This document shows positions 9,232-18,769 of a stretch of 44,217 bases of DNA, piece after piece. The stretch spans positions 18,885-63,101 of the forward strand of contig CAYNTG010000001.1 of NCBI GenBank assembly GCA_964400105.1. Direction: 5' to 3'. The position numbers and the translations under genes are program-made. The notes under the pieces are model-generated. The model searched no databases and had not been told where the DNA came from. It saw nothing but the letters and a program-made list of their open reading frames with translations. This stretch comes from an uncultured bacterium. Its GTDB lineage: Bacteria > UBP14 > UBA6098. The stretch's first letter is position 1; each line of letters opens with the position of its first letter.

Positions 9232-10821
9232 CTATTTCATATACACGACGCGCTTGGTAACGCGGTTTTCGCCGGCGGTTACCATGACCATATAAACGCT
9301 CGTCGGCATCTCTTCATTCGGTTGCCAGATATGGCTCTCCTCGTTCGATGAAATATCGAACTTCTCTATAAGGCTTCCGCGAATATCGAAAACCTCGACA
9401 TGCGATCCTGACGGAGCGGAGATGCGACATGCGGAGTTGAACGGATTCGGCGTCGCGGATACCAATTCGGACCAGGCCGGAAGGTTTTTCTCGGCAACGG
9501 CCAAAGCTCCAGCAGGAAGAGTATATTCATCCACGCCATCGGAGGCTGTGAATGTGAAAGCCTCACCGAAGCCGTGGTAGCCGGAGATAGAATTTTTATA
9601 CGTAACCCCCTCGGTCCAGCCATAGGGACCGACGACTTCATCCTTATAAAGCTCGACGATCTCGCGAGAAGCCGCAACCTCGACGCGGACATATTCCGGT
9701 GGGTTTTCGTCCATATCGGTATATGTAACCTCGATCTCGCTTTCGTCCGGGCCGGACAAATAGGTAACGGTCGGCGAGGTAAGCACCGGAGGGGTGTTCG
9801 GCGCGGTCGGAGACGAAACCCATTCCGAGATCGGGTAGTTATAGTATGCGTGACCGGATTTTGTATTGTCCGCCATATAGAAATGGGTCTCGGTTAAGCT
9901 GATAACATGTAAGTGCATCGTCTGCGCGCTGACATTGAGATAGCGGATGTCGTTCGGCCATGTGCCAAAATCAGAATCGCCGATAAGATCCGAAATCGGG
10001 CACGACACGAATAGTGTATCTCCTACCGTCATAACCTCGGCCGCTGTCGTAACAATTGCGACTTCGACAGTCGATCCAGAAAGATAAATCTTCAATAACT
10101 CGTCGTCGAAATGAATCGGCATAGAAACCGGCCATCCCGTGAGGTCTATATCATCGCATAGAACGACGCCGAAAGAATATTCGCTTACCGGACTTGCGGG
10201 ATTGTTGATCGAAAAGATATATCCGTAATTATCGTCGTGGAGATCGGTGAGAATGATCCCGGAGCCATCATTCGTGCGCCAATCGTTGTTCGCTTTGATG
10301 ATCTTCCCGTAAAATTTTGTGTTCGACATCGCGAATCCGGCACCGATTATATCCAGCCAATCGCCGGAACCGGGGAGATAGGCCGTCGTGCTGTCGAGTC
10401 CGGGTGTGTCATCCCAATTAACATACCAGTTCGGCGTTAGACGGCATGTCGAAGAGCCGCTATAAACCGGCGTCTGGCCTGCCCATGCCTCATCGCCCTC
10501 GAAATAAAAACGCCAGTTGGCATCGCCAGCGATAGAGCCGGTTTCCGCAGTGTATCTGTCGCCGGATTCGAGCGTCGCATCGATATAATTCCATGAAGCC
10601 TGACCATCCGTGGAATAATATAGCCGGTCGGTCGAGATCGGGCTAATCGGCTCGGTCGCGAACCTGAGATCGCACTGGCCGAACAGAAGATCGCCGGAAG
10701 ACCTCGCTCGAACGCCGGAATCGTATTGATACGGCGGTATGCTGTCCGTGTGAGATACTCCAATGGCCGCAATAGATACCAAACATACTAACATTAAAAC
10801 CGCGAACGAACCTCTGAACAT
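9232..10821 (-). CDS. Secreted protein with T9SS type A-like C-terminal sorting domain
   Basis: ATG at 10821 after GGAGG; signal peptide MFRGSFAVLMLVCLVSIAAIG; C-terminus ATPNPFNS...VEVFDIRGSLI...W...SVYMV...TKRVVYMK. Confidence 0.85.
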   Translation of the reverse strand: MFRGSFAVLMLVCLVSIAAIGVSHTDSIPPYQYDSGVRARSSGDLLFGQCDLRFATEPISPISTDRLYYSTDGQASWNYIDATLESGDRYTAETGSIAGDANWRFYFEGDEAWAGQTPVYSGSSTCRLTPNWYVNWDDTPGLDSTTAYLPGSGDWLDIIGAGFAMSNTKFYGKIIKANNDWRTNDGSGIILTDLHDDNYGYIFSINNPASPVSEYSFGVVLCDDIDLTGWPVSMPIHFDDELLKIYLSGSTVEVAIVTTAAEVMTVGDTLFVSCPISDLIGDSDFGTWPNDIRYLNVSAQTMHLHVISLTETHFYMADNTKSGHAYYNYPISEWVSSPTAPNTPPVLTSPTVTYLSGPDESEIEVTYTDMDENPPEYVRVEVAASREIVELYKDEVVGPYGWTEGVTYKNSISGYHGFGEAFTFTASDGVDEYTLPAGALAVAEKNLPAWSELVSATPNPFNSACRISAPSGSHVEVFDIRGSLIEKFDISSNEESHIWQPNEEMPTSVYMVMVTAGENRVTKRVVYMK

Positions 10822-10857
10822 CTTTACCTCCAAAAAGTGATTTTTATTATTTACCAA

Positions 10858-10885
10858 ATTATAATGCCAATTTAAAATCATGCAA
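10858..10885 (-). promoter_or_regulatory. Sigma70-type promoter of the type A CTD gene
   Basis: TTGCAT-N16-TATAAT. Confidence 0.55.
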
Positions 10886-10933
10886 GATAAACTTTATAAC
10901 CGATCAATTCCGTAAGCGAAGTATAATTTTAAT

Positions 10934-11092
10934 CTGCAATGTCAGCGGCTGGCGCGGGAGAAGGGATGTGATGGGTGGGGGTTTTTGCGTCCTTTTGGAA
11001 CCGCAAAAACCGTGACAGCCGCGGGTTGGGTCTGGCGAATATCCCAAAAGCGATCTTTCCGCAACAGGTCGGCGGTCTTTTGTGTATTGCCA
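10934..11092 (+). ncRNA. Candidate structured non-coding RNA (long rod with central bubble, 6S-like topology)
   Basis: Nested helices 10936-41/11085-90, 10954-60/11056-62, 10963-69/11039-45 and 10980-89/11002-11. G-U pairs favour the + strand. TATAAT at 10922-10927. No family-defining motif recognised. Confidence 0.45.
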
Positions 11093-11096
11093 GGTT

Positions 11097-11786
11097 CTAC
11101 TCATCTGTCTCCGATTCCGATTCGCCCTTGAAGCGATACTGAATTTGACCGTTATCGTAAAGAATCAACCGATGCGGCGATGCAACCTCGTAATAGGCTT
11201 GTTGAACGTTCATCCCGAAATCCAGGGCCACCTTAAAAACCTCGAATTCGCCAGCGGGGACAGTAACCTTCTCCTCGCCATTAACGACGATCATCATTTC
11301 GATAACGCTGGAATTGGCCGGAATAAAAAGCGAAAGGCGCTGTTTTTTAACCGTGAAATCCATCGCTGAAATGGAAAACAGAAGCTGACCATTGTGAAAA
11401 ACGGGTTCGTCCGGAAGCTCGATAGAGACATGCTCGTCGCCGCGTGGAGTCTTTGCATCGACAAGAATCGAATCTTCGGTGAAAACGGAATGTATCTCGT
11501 AATCGCCCTGATAATGGATCGTTTTTTCACCGCTCGATGGCAGAAGGTCGGGCATCGCGAGCCTCACAATACTCTCGTTCACAGAGTCCTCGATAAGAAG
11601 CATTCCATCGACAACCTCGATAACTACCTTCGTGGCGGCTATCTCATCGCCGTTACCATCGAAAAGACCGTAATCGAGAATCTGCTTTCCGGAGAAAACA
11701 GAACCGTCGAGGACAAGCGTGGGAGCCTTCCCTGCGAACGCCGCGCAAACGACGAGGATGATCGAGATAATAGCGAATTTATGCAT
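11097..11786 (-). CDS. Secreted protein, DUF3108-like
   Basis: Signal peptide ending AFA; GEEKVTVPAGEFEVFKV motif. Confidence 0.7.
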   Translation of the reverse strand: MHKFAIISIILVVCAAFAGKAPTLVLDGSVFSGKQILDYGLFDGNGDEIAATKVVIEVVDGMLLIEDSVNESIVRLAMPDLLPSSGEKTIHYQGDYEIHSVFTEDSILVDAKTPRGDEHVSIELPDEPVFHNGQLLFSISAMDFTVKKQRLSLFIPANSSVIEMMIVVNGEEKVTVPAGEFEVFKVALDFGMNVQQAYYEVASPHRLILYDNGQIQYRFKGESESETDE

Positions 11787-12441
11787 TTTTCTCTCCCATA
11801 TATAGGATCAAAGACAACGCCCAGGTGGCCAATGCGATTGCGCCGATGACTATCTCGATAGTGTTCACACCGAACGGTCGAAGCAGAAAGACGGCTGCGT
11901 AATTACATAAACCGTGCAATAACATCGCCAGCGGAAGTCCCCACGCAATCCTGCGGCCTTTGCCGCCGCCGACGGCGATCGAACAAAGACCAACATGAAA
12001 TATAATAGCCGAAGCCCTTTCCACAATCGCAATCCATCCGATATCCGCCGGATGGAGACCGACGAGAATAACAGCTTCCGTGAGTGCAAAACCAACGCCT
12101 GCAAATGGTCCGAAGAGATTTTTCGAGGTTCCTATTCGTGCTCCGAGAACGATAAGCAAAATCGGCAGAAGCGCCTTGGAAAATTCCTGGATAATTCCCG
12201 ATGGCCCGACTATGATCAGACTTCGAAGCCAAACCTCGATATCCGTGCCCATCAAAATCCCGCCGAGCCATTTTTGAAGCGGCATCTGGATAAGATACAC
12301 GGAGCCGAAAGATAGACCGCCCCATAGAAGCGCGATTATCCATCCAAAACCCATATCGCGATTTCGGATGACGAACGGCAGGATCGCTGCGAAACCACAG
12401 ATTGCAAATATCGTCAATCGAAGCTCTATTGGTATATTCAA
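11779..12441 (-). CDS. YhfC/PrsW-family intramembrane metalloprotease-like protein
   Basis: Multi-TM; GIIQEFSK, GVGFALTE, ERASAIIFH, LLHGLCN. Confidence 0.75.
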   Translation of the reverse strand: MNIPIELRLTIFAICGFAAILPFVIRNRDMGFGWIIALLWGGLSFGSVYLIQMPLQKWLGGILMGTDIEVWLRSLIIVGPSGIIQEFSKALLPILLIVLGARIGTSKNLFGPFAGVGFALTEAVILVGLHPADIGWIAIVERASAIIFHVGLCSIAVGGGKGRRIAWGLPLAMLLHGLCNYAAVFLLRPFGVNTIEIVIGAIALATWALSLILYMGEKNA

Positions 12442-12548
12442 TCCAGTGCCTCCGCATAAAATGGCAACAGAGATACGCTCCGTCGTGTTACGTAAATCTC
12501 GTTTTAATCACAAAGCAATAACATCGAAATGAAAAAATCGCCAAGAGT

Positions 12549-12758
12549 CTAATCTATCGCCTTGACATTGATTGCCTTAGAACCTTTGTTGCTATCGACC
12601 AGATCGAATTCGACATTATCTCCCGGCTCGAGAGTGCGGTAACCATCACCGGTTATATCGGAATAATGGACGAATACATCCTTGCCGTCTCCATCGTCAG
12701 GGGCGATAAATCCATAGCCTTTCTTGCGGTCGAACCTTTTGATGACACCTGTGGGCAT
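12549..12758 (-). CDS. Cold-shock domain protein, CspA family
   Basis: RNP1 KGYGFI, RNP2 VFVHY, GYRTL, KGSKAINV; AGGAG RBS. Confidence 0.96.
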   Translation of the reverse strand: MPTGVIKRFDRKKGYGFIAPDDGDGKDVFVHYSDITGDGYRTLEPGDNVEFDLVDSNKGSKAINVKAID

Positions 12759-12817
12759 AAAAACTCCTTTTCTGTTTATAATAGCAGTTTATTATCCTTA
12801 TGTAGTGGACATGATTT

Positions 12818-12846
12818 AGTTTAATACATTGAAAACCAACTGTCAA
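12818..12846 (-). promoter_or_regulatory. Sigma70-type promoter of the cold-shock gene
   Basis: TTGACA-N17-TAAACT. Confidence 0.65.
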
Positions 12847-12864
12847 ACAAAATCTTTTCAATAA

Positions 12865-15738
12865 TTAATGTTCTGTGATTTCCTCGATCTGAATAATAAC
12901 CCTGCGATTTGCCGCTCGCCCCTCCGGGAAGGCGTTGTTGCCGAGAAGAATCCTCTCGAAACGGCCAGCGCGATAACGCTCGACCTCGTATGGGTCTTTG
13001 TCGGCCATCCCCTGCCGGACGAGAGTGATGTTGTGTTCCGACAGCCACCTTTCCAGCTCGGAATCGGTGTCCACGCCGACGAATCGCCGCAGGTATCTTC
13101 GAATCGCCGTCTCTTCTTGTTCAGCTCGCTGCTCGCTGAGAATCTTGTTGCGTCTATCGGTTCCGATCGGGTCGGTGTGTCCGATGATCTTTATATTGAG
13201 ACGGAAACCGGATTTCCCTCCGAGGCTCTCGACCTTCTTCGCCATCGATTCGATGCGCGATTCGAGATATTTGCTAGTCGAATTTACCTCGTCGAAAGCA
13301 AATTGAACGATAATCGTGCTCTCCATTCTCCGCTCGATTCCCGCGACCCGGATTCGGATCTCCGGCGAGTAGTTGTTGCTGGTCTCCCCCACCGGATCGG
13401 TGGCCGATAGCCTCACGCGATAGACCTTTCTCGGATCGACGAGGTTGCCGTTTTCATCGCGCCAATCCCAAAAGACCTCCTTCGGCGGAAGGCCTTCACC
13501 GGATGCAAGCTCGATGATCTCGACCGAGTCCTGATCGACGATGTGAACCGAATAGCTTTCTACTATGCCCTCCGATATATCGATAAGAATTTTATTTCGC
13601 TTTTTATCTTCTGGAATCTCGAAATCCTTAGCGGCTAAGGCAGCCTCCTTTGGCCGATATAACAAGCCCTCGCCACTGCCGTAGATACGAATCGCTCCCG
13701 GAGAATCCTTATTCACATCGACAAGCACCGGGAACCGGCCATAATCCACATCGAGATCGGCCCCGGCGAGAAGCCTTGCCCTCAGGCCGTCGAGGATTTC
13801 GTATATCTCGCTCCACTCCCTTTCGGAGCGTGCATTCCCCTCGAAAATAAGCGATAATTCCGGGTTTCGATCTATGTAACCGGCGATCTTCGGCCCCAAT
13901 CCGATCACCGAATCGCGTAATGCCACGGGAAGAGTCGGTCCGTCCGGGAACTCGAACGTGAAAATTTCTCCGTCCAAACCATCGATCGCCGTGGACATCT
14001 CGACGCGGCGATTTTCCTGCTGCGCCCAGATCATATCCTCCATCGATTCATGCCTCGCGGAGATGCTTATGCGCGAAACGGTCGGGTCGTATCCGTCATG
14101 CGCCACCTCGACCGCATCAATATCCGCACCGATTTCGAGCGCCATTCGTTCGACCTCGATAGCGCGTCGAACGTTCAGGCTGTCGGTTTCCCATGTCTCA
14201 GGGTCGCTCGAAGGATCGATATACCCACTTAAAACGACTTTTATATCCGGATTCTCGTGCGTTCGCTGCACAATTGCATCGAGGACCGGGACAAAACGCT
14301 CGGCGACGGTAGTTTTTCCATTCTCGAAGAATACGACCGGCACGAGCGGCTCCTCTTCCGCGATGTAGGTCAGCTCCTCTATATCGAAATTGCAAAATTC
14401 AGGAACGATATCGGCCTCGATGGGACCGATAACATAAAACGGTATCTCGATCCGGTTGTTGGCGATGGATATCTCGGATATACTTCCACTATATAATGGG
14501 AACCGGCTTCCGTCGTCGTCGGCGGAGACGAGGAAACTATATCTTCCCGATGTCGGCGAAGCCCATTTCCATTCTATCGGAAAATCTTCGCCCGGTTCGA
14601 GCAATGGAACGGAGATCAGGTCTCCGACCATGAATGAATCCTCGCCCATAAAGAAGATCGACGTCGTCGCCTGATCGATGGGGATTTCGCCTACGTTCTT
14701 GATAATGGCTCGATAGCTTCTTTTCACACCGACCTCGGCAATTGGCAATTCCGGCGCGACCGGATCGGCGGCGGCCATGATATCCGGCAATCCCGTTATC
14801 GTCTTCGGCGAAGGCTTCTTCTTCGGCGGTCGAACACGCGGCGCGATGTTCGCGGTAATCCCGACCGAATGGGTTGTCAAGCCCGCTTTCGAAAGGCTTC
14901 CGTCCGGATAGACGAGCGCATAATCGAATGCGAGCGGAAATCTCGTTCGACCGGTTAGGCCTATCCCGAATGTCGCTCCCCCCGGTCGATATCCGGTTCG
15001 TAGTGAGAGTATTCCATCGAAAACCAGGAATTCGACACCGCACGCGCCATCGATGCCGCCATCCTCGGTCCATGAAATTTGACCGGATGGAACGAGCCAC
15101 TCAAACGCCGAATAGGCCGCACCCGCGACCAATTCGGTGGATTCGGTTTCTCCCTCTTCGGTGCCACCGGAAAGGGCGAGCGACGGCTTTACCAAGTTCC
15201 TTCCGGCGAATCCAAGATCGAAAGAAGAAGAGCGAAAAAGCACTCCGGCATCGAGGCCGAAACCGTCTGCCGAACTTCCGTAACGGTTGAACAGTGGGTC
15301 GTCATCAAAACGATAAAATTCGTCGATATGGTACTGGTTTCGGATCCATCGTCCATATATGCCGAGGCTCAATTCTTTCGTTCCTCTAACGCCGATGGAA
15401 TAGGCATATGCGGCACCGATATCGAATCGGTCATGGACGCCGGTGCCGAATTGGCGAAATTCGAGACCTATCGAGCCGAATTTTGCCGATGGAGGGACAT
15501 ATGCGATCCTCGAACCGAAGATATTTTCTTCCGAAAGCCCCAGCCAATATTTCGTGGCACCGACGAATATCTGATGATTACGATTGCCGGATATGGCGGC
15601 GGGATTTCCACCCATCCCCTCGGTTCCCTGCATAGACGGAACGAACACCCCACCCAAAGCTTCGAGGTGAGGTGTTTCGGAATAAGCGAGGGATGCGAGC
15701 AGAAGAAAAGGTATATATATTAGACCTTTAAGCCTCAA
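12865..15738 (-). CDS. Outer-membrane PorP/PorV-like beta-barrel fused to CARDB and OmpA-like domains (paralog 2)
   Basis: Signal peptide, NPAAI, amphipathic beta-strands to THSVGITANI, Pro/Lys linker, CARDB-like (IKNVG...LEPGE...EISIANN), internal OmpA-like (PVVFF...LSGYID...RRA...NRRVE), terminal OmpA (GHTDPIGTDRRNKILSEQRA...NRRV). Confidence 0.75.
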   Translation of the reverse strand: MRLKGLIYIPFLLLASLAYSETPHLEALGGVFVPSMQGTEGMGGNPAAISGNRNHQIFVGATKYWLGLSEENIFGSRIAYVPPSAKFGSIGLEFRQFGTGVHDRFDIGAAYAYSIGVRGTKELSLGIYGRWIRNQYHIDEFYRFDDDPLFNRYGSSADGFGLDAGVLFRSSSFDLGFAGRNLVKPSLALSGGTEEGETESTELVAGAAYSAFEWLVPSGQISWTEDGGIDGACGVEFLVFDGILSLRTGYRPGGATFGIGLTGRTRFPLAFDYALVYPDGSLSKAGLTTHSVGITANIAPRVRPPKKKPSPKTITGLPDIMAAADPVAPELPIAEVGVKRSYRAIIKNVGEIPIDQATTSIFFMGEDSFMVGDLISVPLLEPGEDFPIEWKWASPTSGRYSFLVSADDDGSRFPLYSGSISEISIANNRIEIPFYVIGPIEADIVPEFCNFDIEELTYIAEEEPLVPVVFFENGKTTVAERFVPVLDAIVQRTHENPDIKVVLSGYIDPSSDPETWETDSLNVRRAIEVERMALEIGADIDAVEVAHDGYDPTVSRISISARHESMEDMIWAQQENRRVEMSTAIDGLDGEIFTFEFPDGPTLPVALRDSVIGLGPKIAGYIDRNPELSLIFEGNARSEREWSEIYEILDGLRARLLAGADLDVDYGRFPVLVDVNKDSPGAIRIYGSGEGLLYRPKEAALAAKDFEIPEDKKRNKILIDISEGIVESYSVHIVDQDSVEIIELASGEGLPPKEVFWDWRDENGNLVDPRKVYRVRLSATDPVGETSNNYSPEIRIRVAGIERRMESTIIVQFAFDEVNSTSKYLESRIESMAKKVESLGGKSGFRLNIKIIGHTDPIGTDRRNKILSEQRAEQEETAIRRYLRRFVGVDTDSELERWLSEHNITLVRQGMADKDPYEVERYRAGRFERILLGNNAFPEGRAANRRVIIQIEEITEH

Positions 15739-15741
15739 GGA

Positions 15742-18675
15742 TCATTCCTGTTTTGTGAGGGTAAGAACCTCCAGCACGACGCGCCTGTTGGCGAGCCTTC
15801 CCTCCGGGAAGGAGTTATCGCCGACCAGCTCGCTCTGCCAATAACCACGTTCCCAATATCGCACGGCCATCGGATCTTTATAGCTTCGGCCTTCGTATGA
15901 AAGCTCCACCCGATGATCCTTCAGCCATGCTTCGAGTTCCACTATCGAGTTCAATTCGAGGATGTTCATCATTCCGTATTGGAGTCTGTCGAACTCCTTT
16001 TTTGCCCTTTCTATTGAAAGCTCCGTATTGGCCTTATCCGAGCCTACAACGTCGGTGTGGCCAATCACCGTCGCCTCGATTCTGGCATTTGGGCCGAGGT
16101 ATTTCGCGCGTTCGATCAACCTTTCGGCCAGCGCCTCGACGCGCGCCTCCAGATAATTCGATGTCGCTTCCGCCTTGCCGAAATTGAAACTGATAATGAA
16201 GAGTTCCTTGCGCTCCTCTTGCCCCTTCACCTCGACGCTTATCGGGTCCGATTGCGCGACGACCGATAGTCCGTATTTATCCTCGGAATAGACATCTATG
16301 AAATATCTCTTCTCCGGATCGGGTGGCTGACCGAACGACCCCAACCAACTCCATTCGAGTATCTTCGGAGGTTTTCCCGTGCCGGTTTCGAGCAGCGCAA
16401 ATGGGTCATCGGAACCCTCTTCGACAACCGAAACCACGAACGAATCGAGACCCACCTCGGATGCGATGGAATCTATGGTAATCTCGGTCTCGCCGAGATC
16501 CGAGAATTCGAGAGATTCCTTGCCGGAAATGGATCCGCGTGGCCTGAAGATCACGGCGTCGCCATCGAGAATAATTTCGACCTTCGGCACGTCGTTTCCC
16601 GGAGACCATTTCGATGTCAAAACCAACATCCGTGGATAAAGCCACTCAGGAATGCCATTCCGAACGAGCTTGCGGAATTCGTTAGCCCTGACGAAAGCCT
16701 CAAAATTGCAATCCTCCTGACCACAGCTTGCTACCCCGTTGAAAACGACGTTCACATCCTGATTTTGCCGGAGATAATCCAACTTTTCCATAATGGCGGA
16801 GATACATCCTCCGTCATTTTCTGCGCTCGGGCGGACATCGTCTTCCGTGTATTCAAATTCGCATATCTTCCCGCCATCCGGCAAGCGGATATCCAGCTCG
16901 ACGCTGCGATTCTCCTCGGAGATCATCTCGCGGAATTCGGAGGATGCGTCCTTCACCCTTTCTGCGGCCATATTATAACCATCTTCGATAACCACGATCT
17001 GTTTATCATTAGCCCCCATAGAAACCAGATAATCCCTTATCTTTTGCGCGCGCTGTTTCGCCAGTTGCGTGCCGCCATCGGCCTCTGTTGCGGCATCGTA
17101 ATAGCCGCGAATGTCGAGAAAGACGCCGGGGTTATCGTTAAGACGTTCTGCGACGATGCGAAGAACGTTGTCGAAGCGGCCTCGATCTATAAAAGTCGAT
17201 TTTTCCTTAAAGAAGACGACCGGTATCATCGGTGCCTCCTCCTTGACCTTCGATATTGTGGAAATTTCGAGCTTGTCCTTGCTCGTGCGAACCTTTCCGG
17301 TCATGACCGGCGGGCCGAAGCACGCGAGCTGCGTTTGCCCGGTGTTGTTTTCGAGATCGTATTCTAGGACTTTATTGTTCACCGACGGCACTTTGTCGCC
17401 CTTATCGTTCACGGAAGCGAACAGGTCGTAATATCCGGCCTCCTCCGGGCGGAATTTGATCTCGACCTCCTTCGTCTCGCCGGCGTTTAGCTCGTCTATC
17501 GTGATCTTCGCGGCGACAATCGGCTTTCCATCGACGAAGTAATAAAGAACCATCGGGAAATTTTTCGCGTCCATGTCGCCGTAGTTTGCGATCTTCGCTA
17601 CGATAGTCGCTTCGCTACCCGGCACAACATGTCCGGGCAATGCCTCGACCGAATTTTTCTCGACCGCGAGGTCGGTGATCACGCGCTCCGGTTTGCGCAT
17701 CCCGATGCCGATGGAGATCTTGTGCGTCTGGCCGATCTCGACTGGCGAATCGATCGGTATCTGCAAGGCATAATCGATTCCCGCATCCCAGTCGGTGCGC
17801 GAGCGGAAGGACAGCCCCATCGTGAACATGCTCCCCTTGCTATCACTTTCTGACGAGAGCATCGAGTTGAATCCCATGCGCGCGCCGATCATCTTCTCGA
17901 CGAACCACGACTCCGCGCCGACTGCGAAGCTCATATCGTCGGAGACTCCCGGATTACTCGTGATCGGAATCTCGACCTCGACCGCCGGCGTGATGTAATC
18001 CATGATATTATATGAGATTCCGGTGCGCACCTTGCGCGGAAGGGTTCCGCCCTCGACTCCCGCCCGCAGGGAGATCTCCGGTTCGTTGAGGTTATATGCT
18101 CGCAATCCCCACGAAAGCGGACCGTATTCGGCAAGCAGGGAGAGATCGCCGCCGAACGACATCTTCGAATAACCGTTTGCGAAAACGGGGTCGTTTGGAT
18201 CGAAATCCTCGGAGAAGTTATTATAATTGTAATCGATCCGATAGAGATTGGCGTTTATCGCCATGGAGATTTTTGCCTTGTTTTTGTATCTCCAAAGCTG
18301 CCGTCCGATCACGACCGAACCCATCTGCTGGTTATAGACGTCGTGATTGAAATAGCTCACGCCCAGCGCGAAGAAAAATTTGCTCCATACATATGGAGAG
18401 AAATACATCGATCCCTCCTGGAGAGCCGGGATATTCGCTCCAGAAAAATATCTTGTGTAGCTGCCGATCAGTTGGGTTCTCTGCAATCTCATCAGCCCTG
18501 CCGGGTTCGACGCGACAGAATTTACATCGTCCCCGATAGCGAGATATGCCCCCCCCAAACCGGCCGATCTCGCGCTTTCGAGCGAGATATCCGACTGTGC
18601 AAAACCGCATACGGCAATCAACATCACGAAGCAAACGGCTCCGAAAAATAACTTATTCATATTATTTTGGGTCAT
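15742..18675 (-). CDS. Outer-membrane PorP/PorV-like beta-barrel fused to CARDB and OmpA-like domains (paralog 1)
   Basis: ATG at 18675 after GAAAGGA; SARSAGLGGAYLAIGDD...NPAGL barrel start; NLNEP; CARDB (DLAV...IANYG...LNAGE...EYDLENN); OmpA motif GHTDVVGSDKANTELSIERA...NRRV. Confidence 0.8.
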   Translation of the reverse strand: MTQNNMNKLFFGAVCFVMLIAVCGFAQSDISLESARSAGLGGAYLAIGDDVNSVASNPAGLMRLQRTQLIGSYTRYFSGANIPALQEGSMYFSPYVWSKFFFALGVSYFNHDVYNQQMGSVVIGRQLWRYKNKAKISMAINANLYRIDYNYNNFSEDFDPNDPVFANGYSKMSFGGDLSLLAEYGPLSWGLRAYNLNEPEISLRAGVEGGTLPRKVRTGISYNIMDYITPAVEVEIPITSNPGVSDDMSFAVGAESWFVEKMIGARMGFNSMLSSESDSKGSMFTMGLSFRSRTDWDAGIDYALQIPIDSPVEIGQTHKISIGIGMRKPERVITDLAVEKNSVEALPGHVVPGSEATIVAKIANYGDMDAKNFPMVLYYFVDGKPIVAAKITIDELNAGETKEVEIKFRPEEAGYYDLFASVNDKGDKVPSVNNKVLEYDLENNTGQTQLACFGPPVMTGKVRTSKDKLEISTISKVKEEAPMIPVVFFKEKSTFIDRGRFDNVLRIVAERLNDNPGVFLDIRGYYDAATEADGGTQLAKQRAQKIRDYLVSMGANDKQIVVIEDGYNMAAERVKDASSEFREMISEENRSVELDIRLPDGGKICEFEYTEDDVRPSAENDGGCISAIMEKLDYLRQNQDVNVVFNGVASCGQEDCNFEAFVRANEFRKLVRNGIPEWLYPRMLVLTSKWSPGNDVPKVEIILDGDAVIFRPRGSISGKESLEFSDLGETEITIDSIASEVGLDSFVVSVVEEGSDDPFALLETGTGKPPKILEWSWLGSFGQPPDPEKRYFIDVYSEDKYGLSVVAQSDPISVEVKGQEERKELFIISFNFGKAEATSNYLEARVEALAERLIERAKYLGPNARIEATVIGHTDVVGSDKANTELSIERAKKEFDRLQYGMMNILELNSIVELEAWLKDHRVELSYEGRSYKDPMAVRYWERGYWQSELVGDNSFPEGRLANRRVVLEVLTLTKQE

Positions 18676-18769
18676 CGATGATCCTTTCAATGATTCCTAT
18701 TAACCTGTCAACCCCGAATTTGCGCAGCAACTTCACTATCGACATAAAGGTTATTATATAAATTCATAT

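Noticed and set aside
10950-10975. Minus-strand ...TCCCTTCTCCCGCGCCA resembles a tRNA 3' end
   Set aside because: No TTCRA T-loop, D-arm or anticodon arm can be built.
10975-11015. GGACGCAAAA on the minus strand resembles part of a c-di-GMP-I riboswitch
   Set aside because: The upstream GGCAAA...GAAA P2 elements are missing, and the motif is fully paired in a simple hairpin.
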